From a virus (lineage: Duplodnaviria; Heunggongvirae; Uroviricota; Caudoviricetes): 64,000 nt of DNA. Location of the stretch: the IMG/VR virus record IMGVR_UViG_3300025117_000034; one strand, 5' to 3'. A program made the translations under genes and the position numbers. Shown one piece after another: positions 43,864-54,800 of this stretch. The notes under the pieces are model-generated. The model was not told the DNA's origin. It saw only the letters and a list, made by a program, of their open reading frames with translations, and made no database searches. Every line of letters begins with the position of its first letter. Positions within the stretch are counted from its first letter, which is position 1.

Positions 43864-45441
43864 ATGGCTAACACCGATGTTGTCAAGGCATTTAAAGACC
43901 TTGTAGCAGGGAACATGGAGTTTTCCTACCGTGTTGATATACTATATACCAATCTCAGGAAGCAACTAGAGAACAGGGTAGAACTAAATAATAGCGTAGC
44001 AAACTCACCTCAACAAGAGGACTCCTCTGTTGATCCAGTGTACATCCCTGAGAAATCCAAGGATCTATTCAATATCCTTGATAAGAGCTTCTCCCTGCTC
44101 AGTAGCCCATTCTACATGGCTAGGAGCTCGTATACAGGGGCTCTTATTGAGGGTACTCCAGAGAGATCACTCCTTAAGATACACTCCGTTTTAAGCTCAA
44201 TAAACTCAGGCAGACGTGGTTCCAGGGGTATGCTAAGTGACACCACTCCGTATAGTGAGAAGCTCATGCTTGATGAAGAGCTGCGCGAGGACTCAATTGA
44301 GGAAGCAACTGTTGATACTATCCCAGGTTTACTTGACCAGCTACTTGAGGTGTGTAGCACTGATGATGTAAAATCAAGTAAAAGAGACAGAGAAGAGCAG
44401 GAAGAAATAGACACACAAGATTCTAATGACACCAATAGTTCTATGTGGGACTATATTAAAGAGATATTTGAGTGGGAAATAATCAGGAGAATCTTTAAGG
44501 TAGTTCAGGCTTTTGGGTATAGAGCACTTAGAGTTGTGTATGTTTTGACAAGAAACTTTGGGAGAAATGCCGGGCTTAAACTTATTGAATTCCTTGAGAA
44601 AGTTCTTGTGAACTCAAGAGCCATTAACTTTAGTGCTATAGCAAGATATGCAACTAAGAAGTTTAATATAGTTATACCTGGTATTGGGTCAGCTATTGCA
44701 GGTTCATCTGGAGCAGCACTAAAGGTTGCAAGATTTATACTGTCTTGGCCAGTTGCTGTAATTGTGGATGTATTACTCAATGCTGAATCATTGGCCACCA
44801 CAAGTAATGAGGAGGATGTCACAAGGGATATTCTACAGAATAATCCTTATCTTAGATCTAGAAATGTTACACTGCAACAGTATATGTCGTCTATATCTGG
44901 GCAGGAGAGTGGTGGTAACTCCTCTGCAATAAACACAAGAACTGGGGCGCATGGTTTATTTCAAATAATGCCTGCTAATTGGCCTGAGTGGTCGAGGGAA
45001 GCTGGTTTACCAGCGAACTCCCCTAGAACTCCAGCTAATCAAAATAGGGTTGCTAGATTTAAAATGGGTCAGTACTTTAATAGATACCATGATTGGGATA
45101 TGGTGTCTATAGCTTGGTATGCTGGCAGTGCAGCAGCTGACTACGCAGCAGTACATACTGGATGGAGGTCAGAGAGAAGATTTACCAGGAACCAGGGAAA
45201 TGGCAATGAACCCTCTATAGTTCAGTATGTTGATCAAGTTAGATCCAGGTACTCTAGCCAGTCTGGGGATTCAATGTCATCTCTAAGTCCAACATTCTCA
45301 GAGTACCCCGGTATGCCATTGCTGCAGCCAGATATGCCGCAGAGCTCAAGTTCTTTAACCATAAAGAATAACACAGAAGTAGTTAATAATTCTGATATTT
45401 TTATAGACTATGATGATAGCACAATAGTCTTTGTTAACTGA
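43864..45441 (+). CDS. Tail-associated protein with lysozyme/SLT-like domain
   Basis: SISGQESGG...GAHGLFQIMP..W...NQ.RVA......WY.G. Confidence 0.75.
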   Translation: MANTDVVKAFKDLVAGNMEFSYRVDILYTNLRKQLENRVELNNSVANSPQQEDSSVDPVYIPEKSKDLFNILDKSFSLLSSPFYMARSSYTGALIEGTPERSLLKIHSVLSSINSGRRGSRGMLSDTTPYSEKLMLDEELREDSIEEATVDTIPGLLDQLLEVCSTDDVKSSKRDREEQEEIDTQDSNDTNSSMWDYIKEIFEWEIIRRIFKVVQAFGYRALRVVYVLTRNFGRNAGLKLIEFLEKVLVNSRAINFSAIARYATKKFNIVIPGIGSAIAGSSGAALKVARFILSWPVAVIVDVLLNAESLATTSNEEDVTRDILQNNPYLRSRNVTLQQYMSSISGQESGGNSSAINTRTGAHGLFQIMPANWPEWSREAGLPANSPRTPANQNRVARFKMGQYFNRYHDWDMVSIAWYAGSAAADYAAVHTGWRSERRFTRNQGNGNEPSIVQYVDQVRSRYSSQSGDSMSSLSPTFSEYPGMPLLQPDMPQSSSSLTIKNNTEVVNNSDIFIDYDDSTIVFVN

Positions 45442-45449
45442 GGCGACTA

Positions 45450-46406
45450 ATGGGACTACAGACAGCAAATAAAAGTTCAGTTTTTGGTGCAGACAATTCA
45501 GAGACAAGAAATGCTGGAAAAGGTGTAACCTTATTTTTCAGGAACATAGATGGTTTTGAAGATGTTGATCAATGGGGTAAGCGTATATCAAATAGCACAA
45601 TGGAATCTACAGAGTACGTTAAGCTCCAAGCCTACCTCCCACAAGAGTTTTCATTTGGAACGTCCTCAAGTTATACTCAGTCAGCTCTAAACCTAGCTAG
45701 CACAGTGCTTAGTGCACTTACTGGTAAAGAGGTTAATACTGGAGTTGGCAATGCTTTATTTGGTTGGACAACTCCTTACTTTGGAAGAGGGATTTACACA
45801 AAAACAGGGCCGAGTTATTATCTTACACGCAGAGTTTTTACTGGATCTGCTCCTATGGATATAACTTTACCTCTTCAGTTTTTCACAAAGACTGATCCTT
45901 ACTGGGATGTTTATAGACCAATACAGCTTTTAAATATGATAACATCCCCTCCTATAAGTGCTTCAAGAATACTGCAGGATCCGCTTACGTCAACTGCACT
46001 TGGCGGTGAGGCCATAACAATAAGTCCTATTGATTTTTATGTTCAGATAGCAGACTACTTTACATTTGCTGACATTGTTCCTATATCTGTGCGAAGCACT
46101 TTCTCGACCACACTTTGCAAGTCTGCATTCCTTGAGAGTGCTGGAGAGTCCAGTAGTAGTGCTGCTCTACCACAAAGTGCAACTTGCTCGTTTACATTTG
46201 GTACTAGAAATGCAGTTATCCGTGAGTACGCACGAGATATATTTGGTAAAAAACAAAAGAGCCCATTTCCAGGTGAGCGTATTCTACCTACAGTTGCACA
46301 GGCTAAGGAGCAGGCGACAAATATAAGTAACAGCGTAGAAGATATGAAGAAGGACTATACGAGTGCAATAGAAGTTGCTACTCGTATTTTTAAAGGAGTT
46401 CTTTAG
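45450..46406 (+). CDS. Baseplate tube-cap (gp48-like) protein
   Basis: YLPQEFSF.....Y...F.G..P..I.L.L.F; position. Confidence 0.55.
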   Translation: MGLQTANKSSVFGADNSETRNAGKGVTLFFRNIDGFEDVDQWGKRISNSTMESTEYVKLQAYLPQEFSFGTSSSYTQSALNLASTVLSALTGKEVNTGVGNALFGWTTPYFGRGIYTKTGPSYYLTRRVFTGSAPMDITLPLQFFTKTDPYWDVYRPIQLLNMITSPPISASRILQDPLTSTALGGEAITISPIDFYVQIADYFTFADIVPISVRSTFSTTLCKSAFLESAGESSSSAALPQSATCSFTFGTRNAVIREYARDIFGKKQKSPFPGERILPTVAQAKEQATNISNSVEDMKKDYTSAIEVATRIFKGVL

Positions 46407-46408
46407 AA

Positions 46409-46729
46409 ATGAATGAATATGGGAGAGACCGATTTTACTCTAGGGTGAAGGTTGACGAATTCTGGGAGAGGGATTACCTATACAACCCAATTAATAACTT
46501 GTCCTATGATTTTCTAAACATACAGATCTATAAGGTTAAGCAAGAAGATCTGTCTGCTCCTGATAGAATAGCTAGAGAGGTTTACGGAACTGAATATTTA
46601 TGGTGGTACCTTTGTTTAGTGAATGGTATTGTAGACCCATTTGAGAATCTGTACTCAGGGCTTGAGCTGATAGTTCCTGATATTGATAATGTATATAAGT
46701 TCTTTAATCTATACAGGGTAAGCACATAA
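46409..46729 (+). CDS. Baseplate wedge gp53-like (LysM-fold) protein
   Basis: PDRIAREVYG...LWWYLCLVNGIVDPF..L..G..L.VP. Confidence 0.85.
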   Translation: MNEYGRDRFYSRVKVDEFWERDYLYNPINNLSYDFLNIQIYKVKQEDLSAPDRIAREVYGTEYLWWYLCLVNGIVDPFENLYSGLELIVPDIDNVYKFFNLYRVST

Positions 46730-47919
46730 TGCAAGGTATCTTTGGGCAGTACGCAATATCAATATATGTTGAGGGAAATCCATTACCACTCAATACGCAC
46801 AACCTTGAGAAAATGTATCTTGTTGAGTCAATAAATAATTTCCTTCCAACACTTCATCTAGAGTACCTTGATAACAATAATATTTTTGATCAACAGTACC
46901 CTCTTCTTGGAGATGACAATGTTGAGTTATACATTGGTCAGAATACTCCTGACATAGCTACTGAGGGTCAGTTTATAAATGGTGTTAGATTCTTAGTTTA
47001 CAACTTTAAGGTTACTCCGTCCCATATTAAAGATGCATACCTATATCATATTGACTGTGTTCATATTGCACAGGATGGAATGTTCCAGCCAGCTATAACA
47101 AGGGCATTCAGAAGCAAGACCAGCTCCGAAGTGTTTCAGAATATCATTGCTGACATGGGCTTTGAGACCGGCGATGTAGAGTCAACTGATGACCGGCAGA
47201 CCTGGATCCAAGCTAGCTGGGACAATGCTACAATGATTCGCCATCTCATCTCTAACGCCAGAGCCATCCAGGATCGCACTGGGCTGCTCTGTTATGGCAA
47301 TAGAGACAGCAAGTTCTCGTACTGCACCTATGAGCACCTTATCAAGAAGCAGCCCACAGCGAGGCTCTCATACGCCATAGACGTGCGTTCTGTGCAGGTG
47401 GCAGGCATTGACTCAGAGAATGACACCATGAGCTCCTACCTGTCTGGGGCTAGTGGTGCAACAGCTCAGTACTTTGATTACTCAAAGAAGCAGTTCAAGA
47501 CTGAGCCATTCGACATAACAGATTGTTCACGAAGAGATACTTTGCCCGACTCAATCATCCGCAGAGAGCGTCTCAAGGGTGATAATATCTCCGTATACTT
47601 TGGTACCAATACAGATAACAGTTACAAGGGTAGACATGAAGCATACGTTAAGAATATTATTTCTGGAAGTTTCACTGGAATGCAGAAGATTTCGTGCTTG
47701 TCAGAGACCCTTTCCAATATACATATAGGAGACGTGGTTGACTTCAGTATTCCATTTGATAGCTCATCTGCAATTAACAAAGGTAGCGCAGGACTCTGGG
47801 TTGTATACGCAATCAACACAGCTATCAAGGATCGTGTCTATCGTCGCTACACACTCACTAGGTCATGCATAAACCCAAGTGAGGAAAAGGTTAAGAGAAA
47901 TAACTTGGTGACTCTATGA
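46729..47919 (+). CDS. Baseplate hub (gp27-like)
   Basis: 396 aa, ESINN.LP...L.Y.D; position between gp53-like and spike genes. Confidence 0.7.
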   Translation: MQGIFGQYAISIYVEGNPLPLNTHNLEKMYLVESINNFLPTLHLEYLDNNNIFDQQYPLLGDDNVELYIGQNTPDIATEGQFINGVRFLVYNFKVTPSHIKDAYLYHIDCVHIAQDGMFQPAITRAFRSKTSSEVFQNIIADMGFETGDVESTDDRQTWIQASWDNATMIRHLISNARAIQDRTGLLCYGNRDSKFSYCTYEHLIKKQPTARLSYAIDVRSVQVAGIDSENDTMSSYLSGASGATAQYFDYSKKQFKTEPFDITDCSRRDTLPDSIIRRERLKGDNISVYFGTNTDNSYKGRHEAYVKNIISGSFTGMQKISCLSETLSNIHIGDVVDFSIPFDSSSAINKGSAGLWVVYAINTAIKDRVYRRYTLTRSCINPSEEKVKRNNLVTL

Positions 47920-48890
47920 GCAAAGTATATACAGTTAAGCGTAAAGAAGATCGTTACTGGGGGAACTACAGGGGAGAAGTGGTAGCTGTTGATGATCCAC
48001 TTAAAGCCTGTAGAGCCCGTGTTCGTATTCACCCTGCCTTCACTGAAGTCCCTAAGGATGATATTCCATGGGCTGTCACAGCTGCACCACTCTTCTTTGG
48101 TGTAGGACAGGATCAGGGAGTAATAGCTGTTCCACCAGTTGGCTCATGGGTATGGTGCTTCTTTGAGAACGGTGACATCTATCAGCCAGTGTACTTTGCA
48201 TCTGCTCCAGCCATGGAGAACAATGTGCCTGATGGTCCACTGCGTGGTCGTGGCGAGACAGATGACATTGCTGACGATATGGAAGCAACAAAGATTGATG
48301 CTGGAGATTGGTCGGAACCCTCAGTCCCAGTGGGTACAGTTTATCCAAAGTCAACAGTAGCAAAGAATAGCGGCGGGTTCCTATTTGAGATGGATGAAAC
48401 CCCTGGGGACAGGAAGCTAGTGATTCGTCATCCATCCGGTAGCCGCATTGTAATGAACGAGGATGGTGACATTATCCTCCATGCAGCTGGTGATCTATAC
48501 TCACTAGCTGAAGCTGATTCCTACGAGTACGCAGGTGCAAGCAGGCAGACAAAGATAGAAGCGTCTGATACCACCAAGGCTGTTGATATTACCTCTGAAG
48601 CATCAGCAACTAATAACGTTACTGGAGTAGCTGGAATCAATGTTACCAGCTCAGGGGTACTTGCTCTGCAGGTTGCCAGCATTTCATTCTTTGGTGGATC
48701 TGCTACCATTGCAGGACCTATCACACTTAATATTACAGATGCTCTGAATATCACAGCTACAGCAATGAACTTCAATAGTGGTACCAAGGGAGTGGCAAGA
48801 ATTGACGACGCTACTGGTCCGCAAATAGGTGGGGCACCTGCGCACTACCATCTTATACAGGGTGGAAGTTCCACTATTTTAATGGGGTAA
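47916..48890 (+). CDS. Central spike (gp5/VgrG OB-fold), no lysozyme domain
   Basis: YRG.VV.VDDP....R.RVRI, VPPVGSWV..F..GD...P.Y, HPSGS; C-terminal HYH apex. Confidence 0.88.
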   Translation: MSKVYTVKRKEDRYWGNYRGEVVAVDDPLKACRARVRIHPAFTEVPKDDIPWAVTAAPLFFGVGQDQGVIAVPPVGSWVWCFFENGDIYQPVYFASAPAMENNVPDGPLRGRGETDDIADDMEATKIDAGDWSEPSVPVGTVYPKSTVAKNSGGFLFEMDETPGDRKLVIRHPSGSRIVMNEDGDIILHAAGDLYSLAEADSYEYAGASRQTKIEASDTTKAVDITSEASATNNVTGVAGINVTSSGVLALQVASISFFGGSATIAGPITLNITDALNITATAMNFNSGTKGVARIDDATGPQIGGAPAHYHLIQGGSSTILMG

Positions 48891-48891
48891 G

Positions 48892-49323
48892 GTGATGGAA
48901 GATAACTATTTAGAAGATTGTGAGCTCGGGGTTGACAACACTCCACGCAGAGAATCAGCTTGGTATGCACATCTGGAAGGTATGCCAACCATAAAGGAGC
49001 ATGTATCAGAAGCTGCCCGTGATCTTGTAGATACCTATTTTGGTGATTGGGATAACAAGATAGAGGACATTACCATCTCTGATAATTATCTAAATGGCTC
49101 TAATACAATAACCTTAACTGTGTACTTTAATCTTGGTGAGGAAGGGTTGGAACTCATTTCAGACGTTGCAGCAAAGATTGATCTTGTTCCATACTTTGAT
49201 GGTGCTAATGCAGAGCTATATATAAAGAGTTCCTTATACACTGAATATGACACAGAGAAGTCAATTACTACATATTCAGTACTCAGTGACTCCTGGCTTA
49301 AAACACCAGACGAGATGATTTAG
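48892..49323 (+). CDS. Acidic hypothetical protein in the baseplate cluster
   Basis: 143 aa. Confidence 0.5.
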   Translation: MMEDNYLEDCELGVDNTPRRESAWYAHLEGMPTIKEHVSEAARDLVDTYFGDWDNKIEDITISDNYLNGSNTITLTVYFNLGEEGLELISDVAAKIDLVPYFDGANAELYIKSSLYTEYDTEKSITTYSVLSDSWLKTPDEMI

Positions 49324-49331
49324 AGGTACTA

Positions 49332-49724
49332 ATGGCAACAGTAGATGAAGTAAAAGGATTAATGCAGTACTCCGATGTCAACAACACTCTCTCCACGGGT
49401 ATTGATGGTAATATTACTATCGCCTATGGAGTTGATGCTGTCAAGGGTAGCGTTGTAAATATTCTGTCCACTATGCGTGGTGAACGCCCTATGCTCCGTG
49501 ACTTTGGTGCGTCACTTCGCTCACTTCTATTTGAAGCAGCTGATGAAAAACTGAAGACTGTTGTTATCTCTATGATTCAGAAAGAGATAGCTAAGTGGGA
49601 TCCTCGCCCACGCATTGATGACATTGTAGTTGACATTGATCCAGATGGACACTCAATGAACATGAAGATTGCCTGCACTGTTATTATGACCGGCGCACAA
49701 TTTGTAGCAGAAGTTTCTCTCTAG
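49332..49724 (+). CDS. Baseplate wedge gp25-like protein
   Basis: DAVKGSVVNILST.RGERP...FG..L..LLFE...I..WDPR. Confidence 0.9.
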   Translation: MATVDEVKGLMQYSDVNNTLSTGIDGNITIAYGVDAVKGSVVNILSTMRGERPMLRDFGASLRSLLFEAADEKLKTVVISMIQKEIAKWDPRPRIDDIVVDIDPDGHSMNMKIACTVIMTGAQFVAEVSL

Positions 49725-49734
49725 GAGATAGATA

Positions 49735-51846
49735 ATGCCTAACATCCCATATAGTGAATTCAGCTTTGATAATCTAGTAAAGAACCTATCTAACCAGTTG
49801 GCTAAAGAGCCCACATGGACTGATGCTTATCGCAGTAGCACTGGTCAGACACTCATTGAACTGTTTGCCTATGTTGGCGATGTCATGCATTACTCTCTTG
49901 AACGTGCAATTGAGGAGAGCTACTTAGACACAGCTCGCCTTGAGTCATCCATTGTTCGTGCAGCAAAGCTTCTGAACTACCAGCCACAGCGGCGTGTATC
50001 AGCAAGCTGCACAGTTCGTTTTACTCTGCCAGCTGCACATGGGTATAACATTATTATCCCACGTGGAACAGTTGTAACTGATGACGAGAATAGCCTAAAG
50101 TTTATTGTCAATGAAGACACCTCAATCAATGCAGGTGAGACATTTAAAGACATCAATTGCGTTGAGGGTAGCCTGTATGAAGTTCAGATCACAAGTTCAG
50201 GTCAGGCTAGTCAGTCCTATGTTCTTGAGAGCACAGTAATTGAGAACACTGGTGTTCGCCTGTACGTAACACATGGCAGTGCAGACACAGCATGGGAACT
50301 GGTTGATGCTCTACTACCCACTGCAACAAAGGAAGGGATTCAGTTCCAGGCGTTTGAGGTAAATGAGCTCCCCAATAAGTATCTCCTAGTCAAGCTTGGT
50401 GACGGAGACTTCGGCCAGATTCCAGAGCAGGGTGATACCATCACTATTGAGTACCTAGTGTCCAAGGGTCTTGAGGGCAACATTGCATCAACTGGTGTCC
50501 TGACACGTATTGTCAATGCCATCTATGACAGCACTGGAGCAATCTATGCACAGCTAACCTGCTCCAATGTTACTCCTGCAACAGGTGGTATTGAGCGTGA
50601 AACAGCAGCTGATATTAAGTCACTGGCTCCACTTGTGTTCCAGACTGGTGACCGTGCAGTTACCAAGCTTGACCATGAGGCACTGTTGAAGCTTGATACC
50701 AGTGTGGACAAGGTTTATATTGAGGCAGAGCGTGACCTGTTCCCACCTAACTATGACATGTTCAATCGTGTAAATATCTATCTGCTCCGCAAGCTTGACA
50801 ACACGGGAGTTCCACAGGCTGTTACAGATGAGTGGTTGTTTGGTTCGTCAACTGATGCCAGTATGACTAAGCCAGACAAGGGAACTCTTCTGGGTAACCT
50901 TTATGACAAGGGTATGATCTCAATCCGCTATGAAGCATATGAGGGAACGATTATTAAGTTTGACGTTGACATGAATGCATATGTGCGCTATGGTCAGGAT
51001 CTAACCATTGCACGTACTAATGTTGAGACTGCCTTGCGTGATGCATTGTCATACGATGCAGCTGAACTTAACCAGGATATCATTCGCTCAGTTGTTACCA
51101 GCCAGGCTAATCTAGCTTCTGGCATTACCTACACTGAAGTTGACATGAAGGTGTACTCGCCTGTAACTGTAACTTCAGGCAATGTATCTTCGTTCACCCT
51201 GCCACTACTCCCAGTAGCAAAGAGCAATTTCTACCTGTACGTAAATGGGGTTATGGTTGGTAAGGATGATGGGGCTGGTAGCATTGTTACAGCTGGTGAG
51301 TACCTGTCAGTTACTCCTCATCCTTACACAGTTAATTCTGGCAACATTGATTATGTCACAGGTGTTATCAATGCAATGTTTGCAACACCAATCCCAAGTG
51401 GTAACACTGTCTCAGCAAAGTACAAGCAGAGTCGTGAGCAAGTAAAGACCATTAAGAACTCACTGTTGAGTGTTCCATACACCCACCAGATCGTTGACTA
51501 CAACACCTATGTCCCCATTGTCCCAGGGTCATTGGTGATTAGCGCAGATGGTACTCCTATTGCACAGGATGACTACTCAGGTAATGTTATCACCTATAAT
51601 GGTTCACTTTCATCCCGCTATTCAGTTGACACAGGCACTGGCGATAATGATATCAACTACACCACAGGCACTATTCAGGCTTATGTTAACTACAATGGTA
51701 GCACCCCAACTGATGATATCCCAACCCGTGCAGTGTTCACTATTGAGTACGCTCAGAGTATTCCAAGTGATGACATTACGGTTGGTCCTACTCAGTGTGC
51801 TGTTCTCAATAATATTTATACCACTATGAAGTACATTGGGGAGTAG
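49735..51846 (+). CDS. Baseplate wedge gp6/J-like protein
   Basis: FD.L...L...L...WTD..SSTG..LIELFAY...ESYLDTARL.SS....L.Y.P; GG...E....IK..AP..F....RAVT..D. Confidence 0.9.
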   Translation: MPNIPYSEFSFDNLVKNLSNQLAKEPTWTDAYRSSTGQTLIELFAYVGDVMHYSLERAIEESYLDTARLESSIVRAAKLLNYQPQRRVSASCTVRFTLPAAHGYNIIIPRGTVVTDDENSLKFIVNEDTSINAGETFKDINCVEGSLYEVQITSSGQASQSYVLESTVIENTGVRLYVTHGSADTAWELVDALLPTATKEGIQFQAFEVNELPNKYLLVKLGDGDFGQIPEQGDTITIEYLVSKGLEGNIASTGVLTRIVNAIYDSTGAIYAQLTCSNVTPATGGIERETAADIKSLAPLVFQTGDRAVTKLDHEALLKLDTSVDKVYIEAERDLFPPNYDMFNRVNIYLLRKLDNTGVPQAVTDEWLFGSSTDASMTKPDKGTLLGNLYDKGMISIRYEAYEGTIIKFDVDMNAYVRYGQDLTIARTNVETALRDALSYDAAELNQDIIRSVVTSQANLASGITYTEVDMKVYSPVTVTSGNVSSFTLPLLPVAKSNFYLYVNGVMVGKDDGAGSIVTAGEYLSVTPHPYTVNSGNIDYVTGVINAMFATPIPSGNTVSAKYKQSREQVKTIKNSLLSVPYTHQIVDYNTYVPIVPGSLVISADGTPIAQDDYSGNVITYNGSLSSRYSVDTGTGDNDINYTTGTIQAYVNYNGSTPTDDIPTRAVFTIEYAQSIPSDDITVGPTQCAVLNNIYTTMKYIGE

Positions 51847-51851
51847 GGGAA

Positions 51852-54800
51852 ATGTCAGAACAGGATCTTACCTTTAACCACATAACCACACCTATTACAT
51901 ACAACACTTATTCAATTGATGACCTTGCTTCCACAAGTAGTAAGTCTATTGTGTGGATTACTGACAAGGTCGAGAACTTCCTCCGTGAGTACGAGGAGAA
52001 GCGCACCAACACTTCCTATGAGACTGTTAACTACACTGTAACTACTTCAAACACAGCAGTGATGTTCCTCAAGGATCCAGCGGTTACAGAGCAGAACTTC
52101 ACAGAAGAGTACATCACATTCTCTGCAAATACCTCAACAAATGTTCTCAGTGTCAATCTGGTAACCAGCGCAGGAGATATTGTCACAACTCTCCTTGACG
52201 TTGATGACTACCTACGTGACGAGGATAGCCGCTATGAGATCACCTTCGCTGACAGAACTGCTGAGAATGTGTACACCCTTAAGGTTCGTTCATTTGAGCC
52301 AACAGGAACTATCCAGTCACTAACTGTTAACCTTGATGAGACAGCGGAGATTTACACCACCCCAACCGTTAATACTATTGACAGAACAGTTAACACGTAC
52401 ACCATGAATTCACTGGGTGTACAGCGCATCTCCTCATTGTCAGCTGTCAACCTGAGTCTCTTGTTCCCAGAGAAGTTCCGCATCCTTCCTGAGGTTCAGG
52501 ATTTCATTAGGATCATGGAGCGTATCTACTTTGAGATCAAACAGAAATCTGAGGGAGTTATCCTGGCTAAAGACCCAGATAATTTTCCTATCCAGTACGC
52601 TTCTGACTTTGCTAATTATATTGGGCTTAACATTAATGACCTAGCACAGATGACACAGGGCTCAGTTCGGCAGCAGATTGCGTATGCTACTGAGTGGTAC
52701 AAGATTAAGGGCACAGAGCTATCACTAGACACATACATGGCTACCGTTGGCTTGCTTAAGGAAATCATTCCCCTTTGGACAAGCACTTATACTGTTGATG
52801 ACCTTGTTCCATATGAGGATCTCGACAAGACACACATTAACCATCCTTCATATAACACCCCACATGTCATCCTTGAGTTTGCTCATAAGGGTGGAGTGAC
52901 AACTGAGCAGCTATTGCAGAATGCAGCAAAGTCAGTTGACAGTATCATCCCTGTTAACATTGTTGCTGATCGTGAGTTCGGTATCTATCCTGATTCAATT
53001 GATCCAGATGATAGCATTGATCCATTCTCTCGTGTATCAGATCATGTTGATTTCTACAGGGCAGACAGAACTCTTGTTGCTGGTAACTATGGTGTGTTTC
53101 AGACAGCCAATACTATTATCACAGGTAATGGAGAAGCGTCATCTGAAGTTGCTGATCACCCAGTGTCAGCCGCATTTGATGGAGACCAGCTAACCTACTG
53201 GCAAGCATCTCTTACGTACACTACCAATGCAACCATTGGTATATCCAATAACACAGCACAACCACCACTTAAGAGTTTTGTGTACACTGCAAAGCACCCA
53301 TGGACAAGCTTTAACATGTATGGGGAAGCAACCGGATCAAGCCCAGTTGTTTTGTACTCAGGTGTTAACTCTGTAATTAACACTCCAGTGACAGTCATAG
53401 TAAATGATACTAACTGGTATAACAAGTACTACATGGAAATTAGTGGCAATGTAGCTCTTCAGTCTTTGTCTGAACTTAAATTTAATGGTGGAGCTTTCTC
53501 CAAGTTATCTGTTAGTACATCAACAATAACTGAAGCATTATATGTAGTTTCTAACAGTACTGCAGCAGGACCAGACTTTGTAGCACATGATGAAACAATG
53601 GTGTCCACTATTGTAACCCCAACTGGATTTAAGAATGTTCGTTGCGTGGAGTATGGAAACGGTATGTGGGTAGCTGGTATGGAGAGTCCATCTAACACAC
53701 TAGCGTACTCCTATGATGGTATTAACTGGACTGGTCTTGGAAGCACTATATTCACTGCACACTGTAATTTTGTTAAGTACGGCGGTGGTATGTGGGTAGC
53801 AGCTGGTACTGGAACAAATAATGTTGCATACTCTAATGATGGTATTAACTGGACTGGTATAAATACAGCAACACTCTATTTGGAGGCTACTCAAGTAGCT
53901 TACGGTGGAACAAGTGGGTGGATGATTGCAAGCCCAGGAAAAATATCATGGTCTCCTGATGGTATAAACTGGACAAATGTTAAGACAACTGCATATGCAC
54001 AGAATGAATCAATTGGTTTCAGTCCTACATCAGGAGTTGGGTTAGGTCGTTGGTTGCACGGTAACAGAGAAGGTTTTGCAATGGGTTACTCTGATGACAA
54101 TGGAGCTTCATGGAGCTCAGTTGTAGGTGTACCACTGAATTACACACATGTGCGAGGGTACCTAAATGGTAGGTGGGTTGTTGCTGTAGGAAGTTCCGGT
54201 GGTGCATTCATTAACCCAACCAGGTGTATTCTGTGGTCAGATGATGAATGGGCTACGTACCACTCCATCCCGAATGATCCAGGTGGTGGCCTATGGTTAT
54301 TACTTAGTGACATTAAGTATATAACTACAGGAACTATGGCATCCAAGTATCTTCTTGTTGGGTATATCTGTGTAAGCCCAGCTACTGGAAGAATAGCTGG
54401 TACTGAATGTATGTGGTACGCGGATACGTTAACAGACAGTCTATCTTGTTTGGTTGGTATGGGCAAGCAGTCAACTCCAGGAACACTAACACAGATAGCT
54501 GAGAATACAGACTTTGTTACCCCAACACCATCCGCTAATCCAGTTAAGTCCTATGTCAGCACACAGGTTTATCCATCAGTTAATAGCCTAGCGTATGATG
54601 GGAACACTAGCACATCCTGGGTTGGTGCTAACTATTACAGAGATTTCCTTGGTATCTCTAGTAACTCAGTACTACCTAAGGTTTCAAGAATACGCCTCTA
54701 CCCAACAACAGCATTTGGTGGGTACGAAGTAGTGGACAATACTGGCTTAACCACAAACGTTGTTGCTTCTGGAACTGTTAATTCAGCTGGGGTATGGTAT

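Noticed and set aside
53713-53858. Direct repeats in a receptor-binding region as a DGR template/variable repeat pair
   Set aside because: Short, exact, in-frame propeller blades; no adenine-specific variation and no reverse transcriptase in the window
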